Made by a program: the position numbers and the translations under genes
Notes under the pieces: model-generated
Databases searched by the model: none
Told to the model about the DNA's origin: nothing
What the model saw: the letters and a program-made list of their open reading frames with translations, nothing else
Shown here: in pieces, positions 39,139-49,198 of the stretch
How positions within the stretch are numbered: position 1 is the first letter of the stretch
How the letters are laid out: each line of letters starts with the position of its first letter
Source: a virus
Lineage: Duplodnaviria; Caudoviricetes
Strand: one strand, 5' to 3'
Virus record (IMG/VR): IMGVR_UViG_2974668079_000001
Span: 12,351-76,350 of that record
DNA: 64,000 bases

Positions 39139-39990
39139 ATGAAACAGTATCTAGCACTTGCTGAGCGTATCGTCTCTGAGGGCGAGTGGATCGAGAATGA
39201 GCGCACGGGCAAAAAGTGCCTTACCGTGATCAACGCGGACTTAGAGTACGATGTGGGAGCAAACCAGTTCCCATTAGTAACAACTAGAAAGAGCTTCTGG
39301 AAAGCTGCGGTAGCTGAACTGCTGGGATACATCCGTGGCTACAGCAGTGCTGCTGACTTCCGCAAACTGGGGACCAAGACTTGGGATGCTAATGCCAATC
39401 TAAACGAGGCGTGGCTAAGTAACCCGCACCGCGAAGGCTACGACGATATGGGTCGTGTGTACGGTGTGCAGGGTCGTGCTTGGACAGGCTCGGACGGCAC
39501 TGTGGTAGACCAACTCCGCAAGATCGTGGACGATATTACTAAGGGTGTGGATGACCGTGGGGAGATCCTTAACTTCTACAATCCGGGAGAGTTCCACCTA
39601 GGATGCCTACGACCTTGCATGTATAGCCACCACTTCTCGCTACTGGGAGACACGCTTTACTTAAACAGCACTCAGCGGAGCTGTGACGTACCCTTGGGTC
39701 TTAACTTCAATATGGTGCAGGTCTACGTGTTCCTAGCAATTATGGCTCAGATTACCGGGAAGAAGGCAGGTAAGGCTTACCACAAGATTGTTAACGCTCA
39801 TATCTACGAAGACCAACTAGAACTCATGCGCGACGTACAGTTAAAGCGTGAACCACTACCACTACCTACGCTTTGGATTAACCCAGACATAAAGACGCTG
39901 GAAGACCTAGAGACTTGGGTAACAGTGGACGACTTCCGTGTGGACGACTACCGTCACCACGACCCAATCAAATATCCATTCTCAGTTTAG
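39139..39990 (+). CDS. thyA: Thymidylate synthase
   Basis: 283 aa; [36 protein letters not shown] and AHIYEDQ motifs. Confidence 0.97.
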   Translation: MKQYLALAERIVSEGEWIENERTGKKCLTVINADLEYDVGANQFPLVTTRKSFWKAAVAELLGYIRGYSSAADFRKLGTKTWDANANLNEAWLSNPHREGYDDMGRVYGVQGRAWTGSDGTVVDQLRKIVDDITKGVDDRGEILNFYNPGEFHLGCLRPCMYSHHFSLLGDTLYLNSTQRSCDVPLGLNFNMVQVYVFLAIMAQITGKKAGKAYHKIVNAHIYEDQLELMRDVQLKREPLPLPTLWINPDIKTLEDLETWVTVDDFRVDDYRHHDPIKYPFSV

Positions 39991-40004
39991 TAAGGAGAAC
40001 AGCA

Positions 40005-40940
40005 ATGGAAACAAGACCACTACACGTATCACTACGCCCACAGACCTTTGGCGAGATCATCGGTCACGACGCTGTAGTAAAAGACGTGCAGAATCAGCTC
40101 GATAACAACAACCAACGCTGCTACCTATTCATGGGTCCCGCAGGCTGTGGTAAGACTACTTTTGGTAACGTTATTGCACGCCACGTAGAGTCTAAGAACA
40201 TCATCGAAGTAGACGCGGGTAGCACGAGTAAAGCAGAGCAGATCCGCGAGCTGGTAGATAAGGCTAAGTACCGGGGGTTTGGTGAGAACCCTATCCGTGT
40301 TTACATCTTGAATGAGGTGCAGGCTCTTAGTAAGGCTGCTTGGGATGCCATGCTGGACATCATGGAGAACCCACCGCAACACGTGTACTTCATCCTGACC
40401 ACGACGGAATCCCCGAAGGTGCCTAAAGCTGTGAAGACTCGCTGTGCGTCGTACGAGCTTAAGCCGCTTAGTAAGAAGGCTATTAATGACCTCATCGACA
40501 TGGTGATGGATGAAGCCGATATGGACATCCCGGATGAGTTCCTAGACGTGGTGGCTGACAAGTGTGAGGGCTCTCCACGCCAGTGTATCCAGATGCTGCT
40601 TAAGGCAGAGTCCGCTAAGAACCGATCTGAACTGAATACGTTACTTGATGAAGCCGAGAGCGACAACCAGATTATAGACCTTGCCCGAACACTCGCTTTT
40701 ACTAAAGGTAAAAAATGGGGTAAAGTGCAGACGATCTTGAAGGACCTCAAGGACACACCACCGGAGAGCATCCGTATTGTAGTAACTACGTACATTGCTG
40801 GGTGTATGCTCAATGCGAAGACAGAAGCAGACGCAGAGCGACTACACCACATCTTGGATGCCTTCTCTACACCATGTAACCCTACCGACAAGCTAGCACC
40901 GATCTTACTAGCATGTGGTGACATCTGCTTCGGGGAGTAG
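40005..40940 (+). CDS. dnaX: Clamp loader (DNA Pol III gamma/tau-like)
   Basis: LRPQTFGEIIGH, GPAGCGKTT, ILNE (DE variant), FILTTTE, TRC, GSPR. Confidence 0.85.
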   Translation: METRPLHVSLRPQTFGEIIGHDAVVKDVQNQLDNNNQRCYLFMGPAGCGKTTFGNVIARHVESKNIIEVDAGSTSKAEQIRELVDKAKYRGFGENPIRVYILNEVQALSKAAWDAMLDIMENPPQHVYFILTTTESPKVPKAVKTRCASYELKPLSKKAINDLIDMVMDEADMDIPDEFLDVVADKCEGSPRQCIQMLLKAESAKNRSELNTLLDEAESDNQIIDLARTLAFTKGKKWGKVQTILKDLKDTPPESIRIVVTTYIAGCMLNAKTEADAERLHHILDAFSTPCNPTDKLAPILLACGDICFGE

Positions 40941-40943
40941 TAA

Positions 40944-41435
40944 ATGGCATACGATGTAGGTGAGCAAGCTATCCGCTCGTTTAAGAACCGTCTACGTATA
41001 GATAAGAACGATTTGGACAACGAGCTGGTAGAGCAATCACACCTCTTCTTCGAAGTATCTGAGCGCCTTACTTGGGCTAAAGCAGAACGTGATGAAGTTA
41101 AGCGCGAGTGTGATGAGCTAGCCGGGGAACTTAAAGCGGACCTATTCGCAGAAAACCCTAAGCTCGCTGACACTAAAGCTACAGCTATCGTGAAAAAAGA
41201 TCCTGACTATCAGGAACGTTACCGCGAAAAATCTGACGCGGACCGTATAGTTGGAGCATGGGAGGCATTAGTCGAAGCGTTTAAATCACGCGGCTACATG
41301 CTTAGACAATTAGCAGACCTCTATGTGGCTAACTACTACTCTCCGATTAGTGGTGGTGAGTCTCAGGACGATAAGCGTCGCAAGCGTGCGGAACGTGATG
41401 ACCGCAGCAACCGACGTAGAACGCGGAGAACTTAA
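40944..41435 (+). CDS. Coiled-coil protein, possibly a UvsY-like recombination mediator
   Basis: Helical protein; EAFKSRGYMLRQL motif; lies next to SSB and RecA. Confidence 0.5.
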   Translation: MAYDVGEQAIRSFKNRLRIDKNDLDNELVEQSHLFFEVSERLTWAKAERDEVKRECDELAGELKADLFAENPKLADTKATAIVKKDPDYQERYREKSDADRIVGAWEALVEAFKSRGYMLRQLADLYVANYYSPISGGESQDDKRRKRAERDDRSNRRRTRRT

Positions 41436-41436
41436 C

Positions 41437-41577
41437 ATGGGTGATAATTTGCAGCTGGCAGCAGCAATTATGGTATTATTCCCGATTGGAGCGTATGTAT
41501 TAGCTCGCATGGCAACAAAGGCTTACTTTTTTAGCAAGCTAGAATTTCTTACTAAAGTTAAACAGAAAGGATGGTAA
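41437..41577 (+). CDS. Small membrane protein (46 aa)
   Basis: GGAG RBS; one TM segment. Confidence 0.55.
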   Translation: MGDNLQLAAAIMVLFPIGAYVLARMATKAYFFSKLEFLTKVKQKGW

Positions 41578-41579
41578 AC

Positions 41580-42719
41580 ATGTCACGACGTAATCGTAAC
41601 AGCGGCGGTCGTAAAGGCTTCGAGTACAAGAAGCGTTCTAAAGAACAGGTGCAGAAGCGTGCCGAACAGCAGTCAGGCGACTTTAAGTCAATCTTCAAAG
41701 AAGGCATCAAGATGTACAAGCCTAAGAAGGGTGACAACGCAATCCGCATCCTTCCGGCTACTTGGGAAGACCCGGATCACTACGCACTAGATGTACACAT
41801 CCACTACGGTGTTGGTGCTGACGAAGAGCGTGTGCTGGCACTCCACGAGATGCTAGGTGAAGACGACCCAATCCGTGAGATGCGCATGGAGTACGAAGCC
41901 GACGGCAATAAAGAAATGGCTAAGGCTTGTCGTCCGGGTCGCGCTTGTGCAATGTGGATCGTCGATATGGACAACGAGGCGGAAGGTCCTCAGATGTACC
42001 TAGCACCACCAACGGTTGACGCTGGTATCGCTCAGGTTAGTATCGACAAACGCTCTGGTGAGATGTTCGACATTGACGACCCTGAGAACGGATACGAAGT
42101 CTACTTTACTAAACAGGGCGAAGGTATGAATACCAAGTACGTAGGCTTCCAGCTTGCACGTACTCCGTCTGAAGTAGATGAAGAACACTTAGATTACGCA
42201 ATCGACAACCCGATCCCGGACTGCCTAGTTTACCTAGAGTACGAAGAGATTGAGAAGATGATTGCGGGTTGGACTCCAACACCTCGTGGCAAGGGTGGTA
42301 AAGATGACAAGGGCAAAGAAAAGCAGAAGTCATACCGTGGGCGAGATCGTGACCGCAATGATGGTGACGACGATGATCGTGATTCTAAGTCTGGTGGTGA
42401 TCGCGGTGATAGCGATTACAACTACGATGATGTACTTAAAGCGGATTGGGACGAGCTTGAAGACATCATTGAGCTGGAAGAGCTGGACATCGACCCTAAC
42501 GACTTCGACGAAGACGACACGGAAGGCTGTGCTAAAGCAATCCTTGAAGAACTGGGCATTGAGAAACCTAAGCCTGCTCGCTCTTCTCGCGGCGGGCGTG
42601 GTAGTCGCCGTGGTGGTGATAGTGATGATGGTGATTCTCGATCTTCCCGCCGTCGTGGTCGTGGCGGTGACGATGATGACCGTAGCGAACGTGTTCGCGG
42701 TATGCGTCGAAATCGTTAA
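41580..42719 (+). CDS. Single-stranded DNA-binding protein (T4 gp32-like)
   Basis: KPKKGDNAIRILP, HYGVG and GEGMNTKY motifs; long Asp/Arg/Gly tail. Confidence 0.75.
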   Translation: MSRRNRNSGGRKGFEYKKRSKEQVQKRAEQQSGDFKSIFKEGIKMYKPKKGDNAIRILPATWEDPDHYALDVHIHYGVGADEERVLALHEMLGEDDPIREMRMEYEADGNKEMAKACRPGRACAMWIVDMDNEAEGPQMYLAPPTVDAGIAQVSIDKRSGEMFDIDDPENGYEVYFTKQGEGMNTKYVGFQLARTPSEVDEEHLDYAIDNPIPDCLVYLEYEEIEKMIAGWTPTPRGKGGKDDKGKEKQKSYRGRDRDRNDGDDDDRDSKSGGDRGDSDYNYDDVLKADWDELEDIIELEELDIDPNDFDEDDTEGCAKAILEELGIEKPKPARSSRGGRGSRRGGDSDDGDSRSSRRRGRGGDDDDRSERVRGMRRNR

Positions 42720-42798
42720 GAAGTATCCAAGTGATATAGTTTAGTAAACCAAGGGGGCATATTCATGTCCCCTTTATTCAGTTAAGGAGATTAGTAAA

Positions 42799-43434
42799 AT
42801 GAGCCGAGGTATTATTGTAGCTGTAGAAGGCTTTGACGGTTCTGGCAAATCCACTTTAGTAAAGCTGCTGGTAGAAGAGTTAGCCAACTACGAAGTGAAG
42901 GTGGTTCAAACACGTCAGCCCGGAGGCACGCCTTACGCAGAGAAGATCCGCGACCTGCTAATGTCTGGGGACCGTGACCGCAGTCAAGCCGTAGAAGCAC
43001 ACTTGTTCTTAGCCGCCCGCCAAGACCTATGCGATAAGCTGGTAGCGCCTGCGGTAGAAGAGGGGGCTATCGTGGTGTGTGACCGACATTACCTATCGTC
43101 ACTTGCAAATCAACCACAGTGCCGATCTCTGTTCTTAGAAAACCGAGTGTTTGACCCGGACGTTTGGATCATGGCTCGATGTCCGTTCCCGGTTTGCATC
43201 CAACGCAGTGAGCAGCGTGGTGACGACGATGCGTTTAGTAATGACGAGCTCCGCGAGAAGCGTGCCCAGTATGACCGCTACCAGCATGGTATCAAAGACA
43301 TTCTACCGTTCACGGCGGGGGACTCACTGTTCACGGTGGACACCGACTTAGGTCTTACAAGTGCGCGTGAGCAGATCAAGAAAGTAGCCAGCTACTTAGT
43401 AAGCTTAAATAAACAACTCCCGTATAATTCATAG
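42799..43434 (+). CDS. tmk: Thymidylate kinase
   Basis: VEGFDGSGKST, TRQPGGT, LFLAAR, VCDRHYLSSLA. Confidence 0.92.
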   Translation: MSRGIIVAVEGFDGSGKSTLVKLLVEELANYEVKVVQTRQPGGTPYAEKIRDLLMSGDRDRSQAVEAHLFLAARQDLCDKLVAPAVEEGAIVVCDRHYLSSLANQPQCRSLFLENRVFDPDVWIMARCPFPVCIQRSEQRGDDDAFSNDELREKRAQYDRYQHGIKDILPFTAGDSLFTVDTDLGLTSAREQIKKVASYLVSLNKQLPYNS

Positions 43435-43461
43435 TGTTCCACTCACTTTAAGGTTAGTAAA

Positions 43462-44565
43462 ATGGCAGAGACAAGACGTAGACGTACTAAGGCAGCTGAG
43501 AAAGAAGAGGCTCCTAAGTCACGTTCACGCCGTACACGTTCCACGGAGGCTGAGAAGCCTAAAGAACGTGCTAACGCCTACTTTGTATCGACAGAGAAGG
43601 GAGTAGAAGGCTTCAGTACCGGGTGTTGTCTGTTTGACCAAGCCCTAGGTGGTATTGGGTGGGCTACCAAGCGTATCATCAACATAGTAGGCGATAAGTC
43701 CACAGGTAAGACCCTCCTCGCTATCGAGGGGATGATCAACTTCCATCGCACGTTCATCGACCAAAACCCACGCATTATTTACAAAGAGTGTGAGTCTGCG
43801 TTCGATGAGCCATACGCAGAAGCTCTGGGCTTACCACTCGACGACATTGAGGTAGACGACGACCTTGATACCGTAGAAGACATGTACGAAGACATTGAGC
43901 GTATCGTACAAGAAGCAGAGCGGGACCCACGCCCTATCTTGTACATCGTGGACAGCTTAGATGGTCTTAGTGATAGAGCCGAGCAGGGTCGTAAGATTGA
44001 CGAAGCCAGCTACGGGCAGGATAAAGCCAAGAAGTTATCAGAGTTCTTCCGCAAGAAGAAAAAGGTAATGGCTAAGGCTAACATTACTTTACTAATTATC
44101 AGCCAGATCCGTGATAATATCAACGCGGCTGCGTTCGGTAAGAAGTCTAAACGCTCTGGTGGTAAGGCTTTGGACTTTTACTGTAGTCAAGTTGTGTGGC
44201 TAGCCAACTTAGGTAAAGTTACTAAAGCTGTTAAGGGCAAGAAGCGTATCGTTGGTGTTGACATCCGTGCAGCCATTGAGAAGAACAAGGTGGGCAACCC
44301 GTTCCGCACAGCTGACTACCCGATAATTTTTGGTTATGGGGTGGATGACATCTACGCCTCTGTAGAGTGGCTACAGTCGAACGTAGGATGGGATGTTCTT
44401 GAGGACCTAGGATTCAAGAAGACAACCTACAAGGCTATGTGCGCTAAGATCCGTGACAAGGGTGGTCCCGAAGCCAAGGAGATGCGTGAAGCTCTTAATA
44501 AGTTAGTAATCCACCACTGGCAGGACATCGAGCTAGACTTGATGCCTAAGACTGGTAAGTATTAG
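43462..44565 (+). CDS. recA: RecA/UvsX-like recombinase
   Basis: GDKSTGKT, IVDSLD, ISQIRD, SGGKALDFY, KNKVGNPFR. Confidence 0.92.
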   Translation: MAETRRRRTKAAEKEEAPKSRSRRTRSTEAEKPKERANAYFVSTEKGVEGFSTGCCLFDQALGGIGWATKRIINIVGDKSTGKTLLAIEGMINFHRTFIDQNPRIIYKECESAFDEPYAEALGLPLDDIEVDDDLDTVEDMYEDIERIVQEAERDPRPILYIVDSLDGLSDRAEQGRKIDEASYGQDKAKKLSEFFRKKKKVMAKANITLLIISQIRDNINAAAFGKKSKRSGGKALDFYCSQVVWLANLGKVTKAVKGKKRIVGVDIRAAIEKNKVGNPFRTADYPIIFGYGVDDIYASVEWLQSNVGWDVLEDLGFKKTTYKAMCAKIRDKGGPEAKEMREALNKLVIHHWQDIELDLMPKTGKY

Positions 44566-44578
44566 TAAAGGAGGCAGT

Positions 44579-45106
44579 ATGCCTGTAATCCAAGCAGCCA
44601 GAAAACCCACTACGCTATCCTGCATTCGTTGGGAGGGTGATAACCTACGTGAAGTACTTGAGTTCACCGGGAAGCACTTTAAGTTTGACAAGTGGTTCGC
44701 CAGCTTCGAGGAGTACGAAGCCCATGTACGATCTGAGGGTAACATCTTCAAGGTATTCACCCGAAACGGTGTTACTGAAGCAGCCGTAGGTGATTACATT
44801 ATCCGTGGGGTAGAGGGTGAGCACTATCCATGCAAACCAGACATCTTTGACGAGATCTACGATACCAGTGGGCGTGTGTTTGTGCCTATGGCAGACGCTA
44901 GCACGCAGGAGTTAGCGGCGCGTCTGGAAAAATGCAAGGGGTACGAACCCTACATGCTTAACTGGATCTGCGTGTCGTACAAAGAGTGTGGTATTTCCCG
45001 CATCCCAGTCTACGAGTGCTACCACCCGGACCACACCGTGTTCTACGCAAGCTCAGAGTTGCAGCAGGCAGTAGACGCATTTAGTAACTACCCCTACCTA
45101 GGGTAG
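44579..45106 (+). CDS. Conserved phage protein (PGDYG-like domain)
   Basis: VGDYIIRGVEGEHYPCKPDIF..Y motif. Confidence 0.65.
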   Translation: MPVIQAARKPTTLSCIRWEGDNLREVLEFTGKHFKFDKWFASFEEYEAHVRSEGNIFKVFTRNGVTEAAVGDYIIRGVEGEHYPCKPDIFDEIYDTSGRVFVPMADASTQELAARLEKCKGYEPYMLNWICVSYKECGISRIPVYECYHPDHTVFYASSELQQAVDAFSNYPYLG

Positions 45107-45155
45107 TGCATCGTAACTAGGGGGCTTCGGTCCCCTTCTTCAATTGGAGACCAAT

Positions 45156-45746
45156 ATGATCAACGAAGACCTGTACATGGGGCTAGACTGCTCCCTCAAC
45201 AACTCAGGCATAGTGGTCTTTGGTAAAACTACTGGATACATTTATGAAAGCATTAAGCCGAAGTGTAAGGGGTATGAGCGCCTTGCTTATATCCACGATA
45301 GTCTTACTAAAATACTCGCTAAATACCCAAACATCAAAGGCGCTAACATCGAGCGGTATGCCTACAACAAAGGTGGTAATGACAAGTCCAACGCCGGGAT
45401 GGTATTTAACATCGGTGAAGGCGGTGGAGTCGTGCGACTGGCGTTATTTTCGGCTGGCATACCTGTCCTGCTCACTAGCCCAAACACTGGGAAGAAGTAC
45501 GCAACTGGAAAGGGTGTTGGGGGCAAGGAGATAATTCTCAAGGAAGTGTACAAACGCTTCGGTGAAGACCTCGACGACGACAACTTAGCCGATGCTTTGG
45601 TAATGGCTCGTATAGCTTACCACTGGTTCACAGACGACTACGAAGGACTTACTAAGGCTCAGATAGAAGCGGTTAAAGCAGCCTCTCTTGAGCATGAGCC
45701 CCCTAAGCCTACTAGCCGTCGTAAACGGAGAGTAAAACGCAAATGA
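45156..45746 (+). CDS. Holliday junction resolvase (RuvC-like)
   Basis: MGLDCSLNNSG, IERY, KKYATGKG..K and DNLADA motifs. Confidence 0.85.
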   Translation: MINEDLYMGLDCSLNNSGIVVFGKTTGYIYESIKPKCKGYERLAYIHDSLTKILAKYPNIKGANIERYAYNKGGNDKSNAGMVFNIGEGGGVVRLALFSAGIPVLLTSPNTGKKYATGKGVGGKEIILKEVYKRFGEDLDDDNLADALVMARIAYHWFTDDYEGLTKAQIEAVKAASLEHEPPKPTSRRKRRVKRK

Positions 45747-46732
45747 ATCGTTTGATTGCTGCGGATACCCACTTCACACCCAAGCCCCTAGACGAGTACC
45801 GTTGGGGGCTTTTTGGCTATCTGAAGGACTGGGCTATCAAGTACGACGTTGACGAGATCTGGATACTGGGAGACCTTACCGATGCTAAGGAAGGTCACTC
45901 CGCTGAGTTCGTCAATAGATTAGTAAACCACATCACCGAGCTATCGGAGGTAGCCCCGGTGTTTATTTTAAGAGGAAACCACGACTATGCTAGGGAACAT
46001 GTCGCCTTCTTTGAGTTTTTACGTAAGCTGCCTAATGTGTATTGGATTGACCGCCCTACTACTGTCTATGGCGTCCGTGCTTTTCCACATAGCAAGAACC
46101 CTGCGGAAGATTGGGCAACACTACTCGACGATCTGGACGAGTATGAGTACGCGTTTTTCCACCAATGTTTCGTGGGTTCGCGCTCAAGTATGGGGCATAT
46201 CCTCGACGGAACGGACTTAGACCTTACTAAACTTAAAAAGTGTAAGGTGTACGCCGGGGACATCCACCTACCTCAAACCGTCCGTGGGATTGAGTATGTG
46301 GGAAGTCCCTACCCGACGACGTACGGGGACCGATTCCTAGGACGCTGCTTACTAGAGACACCAGAAGGGCGTACCCAGCTGCACTACCCTACGATCCAGA
46401 AATGCACGCTAGTGGTAGAGTCAGTCTCGGAAATTTATGACGCCCATGTGTATCCGGGAGACCAAGTCAAGATCCGCTACAAGATTAGTAAAAAGGACCG
46501 GGCGGAGTGGACAAACATCAAAAACGCCATAAAATCTGCCTGCGATGACTTGGGAGTGGTGCTGGGTGGAACGGAGCTTGTCACAGACGTGGTCGAAAAG
46601 GCTGAGCTGAAGGATTCCACCACTAAGGTGACTAAAACCTCTGAGAAAGCCATTCTGACGCAATTCGCCCATAAGGAAGATTTGCCAGATGACTACCTTG
46701 ACGTAGCCCTTACTATTCTGAAGGAGGAGTGA
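45743..46732 (+). CDS. SbcD/Mre11-like metallophosphoesterase nuclease
   Basis: ADTH, LGDL, GNHD, GDIH, YVGSP. Confidence 0.88.
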   Translation: MNRLIAADTHFTPKPLDEYRWGLFGYLKDWAIKYDVDEIWILGDLTDAKEGHSAEFVNRLVNHITELSEVAPVFILRGNHDYAREHVAFFEFLRKLPNVYWIDRPTTVYGVRAFPHSKNPAEDWATLLDDLDEYEYAFFHQCFVGSRSSMGHILDGTDLDLTKLKKCKVYAGDIHLPQTVRGIEYVGSPYPTTYGDRFLGRCLLETPEGRTQLHYPTIQKCTLVVESVSEIYDAHVYPGDQVKIRYKISKKDRAEWTNIKNAIKSACDDLGVVLGGTELVTDVVEKAELKDSTTKVTKTSEKAILTQFAHKEDLPDDYLDVALTILKEE

Positions 46733-48579
46733 TGGACTTTATAGGCATTCGTGGGGAGAAGTTTAAGAGCTTCGTGGAGCCCTTTGACTTCACCCTAAAC
46801 AAACCGCCGGGACTGTACTTACTAAAAGGCGATAACGTAGCCGAGCCAAGCCTAGGTGGTAATGGTGTGGGTAAGTCCACCATTTGGGATGCACTGTTCT
46901 GGTGCCTGACCGGGACTACTTTGCGTAAGCTGAAAAACACCGACGTTAAACCGTGGGGAACTTCAGGCAGTACATGGGTGGAGGTCATGATCGCACTGGA
47001 TGAGGATTTACTAACAGTGCGCCGACAAACTAACCCGAACGCCCTAACGCTAGAGTCTGATATGCACCAGACAGGACCGCAGGACATCTCGACAGAGGAA
47101 CTACTCCAGTTCTTTAACGTGGACGAGACCCAGCTACTCCACTCGCTGATCGTAGGGCAGTTTGGTACGTTCTTCTTCGACATGCTCCCAGCCAAGAAGC
47201 AGGAGTTATTCTCCTCGATACTATCGCTGGACGTGTGGCTCACACGTAGTAAGACAGCCGCACAAATGGTGAAGGTTCTTAAGATTGGTCTACAAGAGGC
47301 GGAGCTTGAGTACGGGCGACTGGAGTCGTCACTTGAGATGCTTCGGGCTGTAGCCTATGACGGAGACTCTGAAGACTGGGAGAAACGCCACGCCGAGGAC
47401 TTAGCAGAGTGTCAGGATAGAATATCTGATATTACTAAAGAGTTAGAAGGTATCGACGTGTCAGCCCTTGAGTCTGATCGGGACTGGACGGAGCAGCTGC
47501 TGAACGATACTGAGGCTACGATGCGTGAACTGGTCAAAGAGATCGACGCTATCAAAGAATACATTCGGGAAGTTGAGAACGATAAGCGCGATGCAGACAA
47601 CGCTATCGACGACTTGCTAGAGGACTTCGAGGATACTCTTAGTAAAGGCACGTGTAATTACTGTGGTCATGAGGTATCTGACAGGGAGCTGGACCGCTTA
47701 GAGGCTTCGACTAAGGTTAAGGTGGATGGTTTAGAGGACAAGATAGACGAGTATAACGACGAGCTTGCTGACCTTAAATCCGACCTAGCGCCTAAGAAGG
47801 AGTACCTAGAGGACAGGAAGAGTGAAGCCGCTGGTTTGAGCGATAAGCTTAGTAAGCTGGATTCTGACATTCGAATGGCTCTCAAGGACCGTAAGAGTTT
47901 ATCCCGCGACCTTAGCCGTGCAGAAGACGTCTACAAGAAGTTAGAGCGAGAGACTAACCCTTGGGCTAAGCTGCGTGACTCGAACGAGTCCGATGCTATT
48001 GAGATGGGTGCGAAGCTGGTAGACGCTAACGAGACGATTAGTAATCTGAACACGGCTATTGAGCGTACCAACTACTGGATCAAGGGCTTTAAAGACGTAC
48101 GGCTCTTTATGATCGACAACTACCTAGTAGACTTAGAGGTGGAGGTTAACAACTCCATTAAGCAGCTAGGTTTAGACGGCTGGCGTATAGAGTTCTCTGT
48201 AGACCGTGAAACGCAGCGTGGTACGGTCAAGAAGGGCTTCGAGGTTTACGTGTACTCTCCTCGAAATACTAAGCCTGTTAAGTGGGAGTGTTGGTCCGGT
48301 GGGGAGTCCTCCCGTCTTAAGCTGGCAGGTGAGCTGGGGCTTATGGAGATGATCTTCACGGCTACCGGGCAGGAGCCTAATATCGAGGTGTTTGACGAGC
48401 CCACTAGCTTTATGTCCCAAGAGGGTATCGAGGACCTGCTGGAACTACTAAGGGACCGTGCCTTACTAAAACAAAAGTGCATTTACATCATCGACCACCA
48501 CTCAGTCAGCTTCGGCGGCTTTGAGGGAGTCATTACCATTCAACGCGACAACTTAGGAAGTCGCATACTGGAGAAGTAA
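46729..48579 (+). CDS. SbcC/Rad50-like ATPase
   Basis: GNGVGKST, coiled coil with CNYC hook, WSGGE signature, VFDEP, IDH. Confidence 0.92.
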   Translation: MMDFIGIRGEKFKSFVEPFDFTLNKPPGLYLLKGDNVAEPSLGGNGVGKSTIWDALFWCLTGTTLRKLKNTDVKPWGTSGSTWVEVMIALDEDLLTVRRQTNPNALTLESDMHQTGPQDISTEELLQFFNVDETQLLHSLIVGQFGTFFFDMLPAKKQELFSSILSLDVWLTRSKTAAQMVKVLKIGLQEAELEYGRLESSLEMLRAVAYDGDSEDWEKRHAEDLAECQDRISDITKELEGIDVSALESDRDWTEQLLNDTEATMRELVKEIDAIKEYIREVENDKRDADNAIDDLLEDFEDTLSKGTCNYCGHEVSDRELDRLEASTKVKVDGLEDKIDEYNDELADLKSDLAPKKEYLEDRKSEAAGLSDKLSKLDSDIRMALKDRKSLSRDLSRAEDVYKKLERETNPWAKLRDSNESDAIEMGAKLVDANETISNLNTAIERTNYWIKGFKDVRLFMIDNYLVDLEVEVNNSIKQLGLDGWRIEFSVDRETQRGTVKKGFEVYVYSPRNTKPVKWECWSGGESSRLKLAGELGLMEMIFTATGQEPNIEVFDEPTSFMSQEGIEDLLELLRDRALLKQKCIYIIDHHSVSFGGFEGVITIQRDNLGSRILEK

Positions 48580-48580
48580 C

Positions 48581-49198
48581 ATGATTCATTTTACTGTTAG
48601 TAAAAACGCAACACTAGCCCACGCTTGGGTTCGCAACGTCCTGTCCGCAGAGGGACAGATTCCATTCAGCACTATGATGCTTGATGTGGAGTTCAGCTTC
48701 CATGCCGAGTCGCTATCAGACTCCGACGATGTAGCCCCGCACGAGTACCTAGCTGTGTACGCTGGGCAAGTGCTGGAACTGTTTGACGGCGTACACATCC
48801 TGTGGGACAAGGACGAGCGTGCTCAAGTGGTAACAGCTGAAATTCACGAGTACTACGGTGGGGTGCGGTCACTAAGTACACCCTACAACCCAACACTTGA
48901 GCACGTGTCCGGTATGATCTACGCGGTAATGCACCGCATCCTCTGTGCGAGTAACTTTACTAACTCAGAAGACCCGGAGCTGGAGCTTGTTTGCGTAAAA
49001 GTGTCGGACCGAGTTACTAACACTACCGTGACCTATGATTCCCTAGCATTCGAAGGGCGCTTAGCCCTAAACGCTACCACCTTCCGCTGGAGCTCTTCAG
49101 TACTGGAAACAGCCGCGCTTGATGTGGTATCTCTGTTTTCTGAGGACGTCCGTATAGATGTTCCAGTGGCAGAGAAAACGGTAGACAAGTATGAGTAA
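48581..49198 (+). CDS. QueD/PTPS-like protein with a degenerate active site
   Basis: LAHAWVRN, LFDGVHILWDKD, NPTLE and ELVCVKV match long-form QueD; the C..HGH and FDH histidines are missing. Confidence 0.55.
   Translation: MIHFTVSKNATLAHAWVRNVLSAEGQIPFSTMMLDVEFSFHAESLSDSDDVAPHEYLAVYAGQVLELFDGVHILWDKDERAQVVTAEIHEYYGGVRSLSTPYNPTLEHVSGMIYAVMHRILCASNFTNSEDPELELVCVKVSDRVTNTTVTYDSLAFEGRLALNATTFRWSSSVLETAALDVVSLFSEDVRIDVPVAEKTVDKYE

Noticed and set aside
40301-41173. 290-aa minus-strand ORF, and other long minus ORFs such as 21498-22199
   Set aside because: They lie entirely antisense to well-supported genes, have no RBS or motifs, and show the Ser/Leu-rich composition of shadow frames
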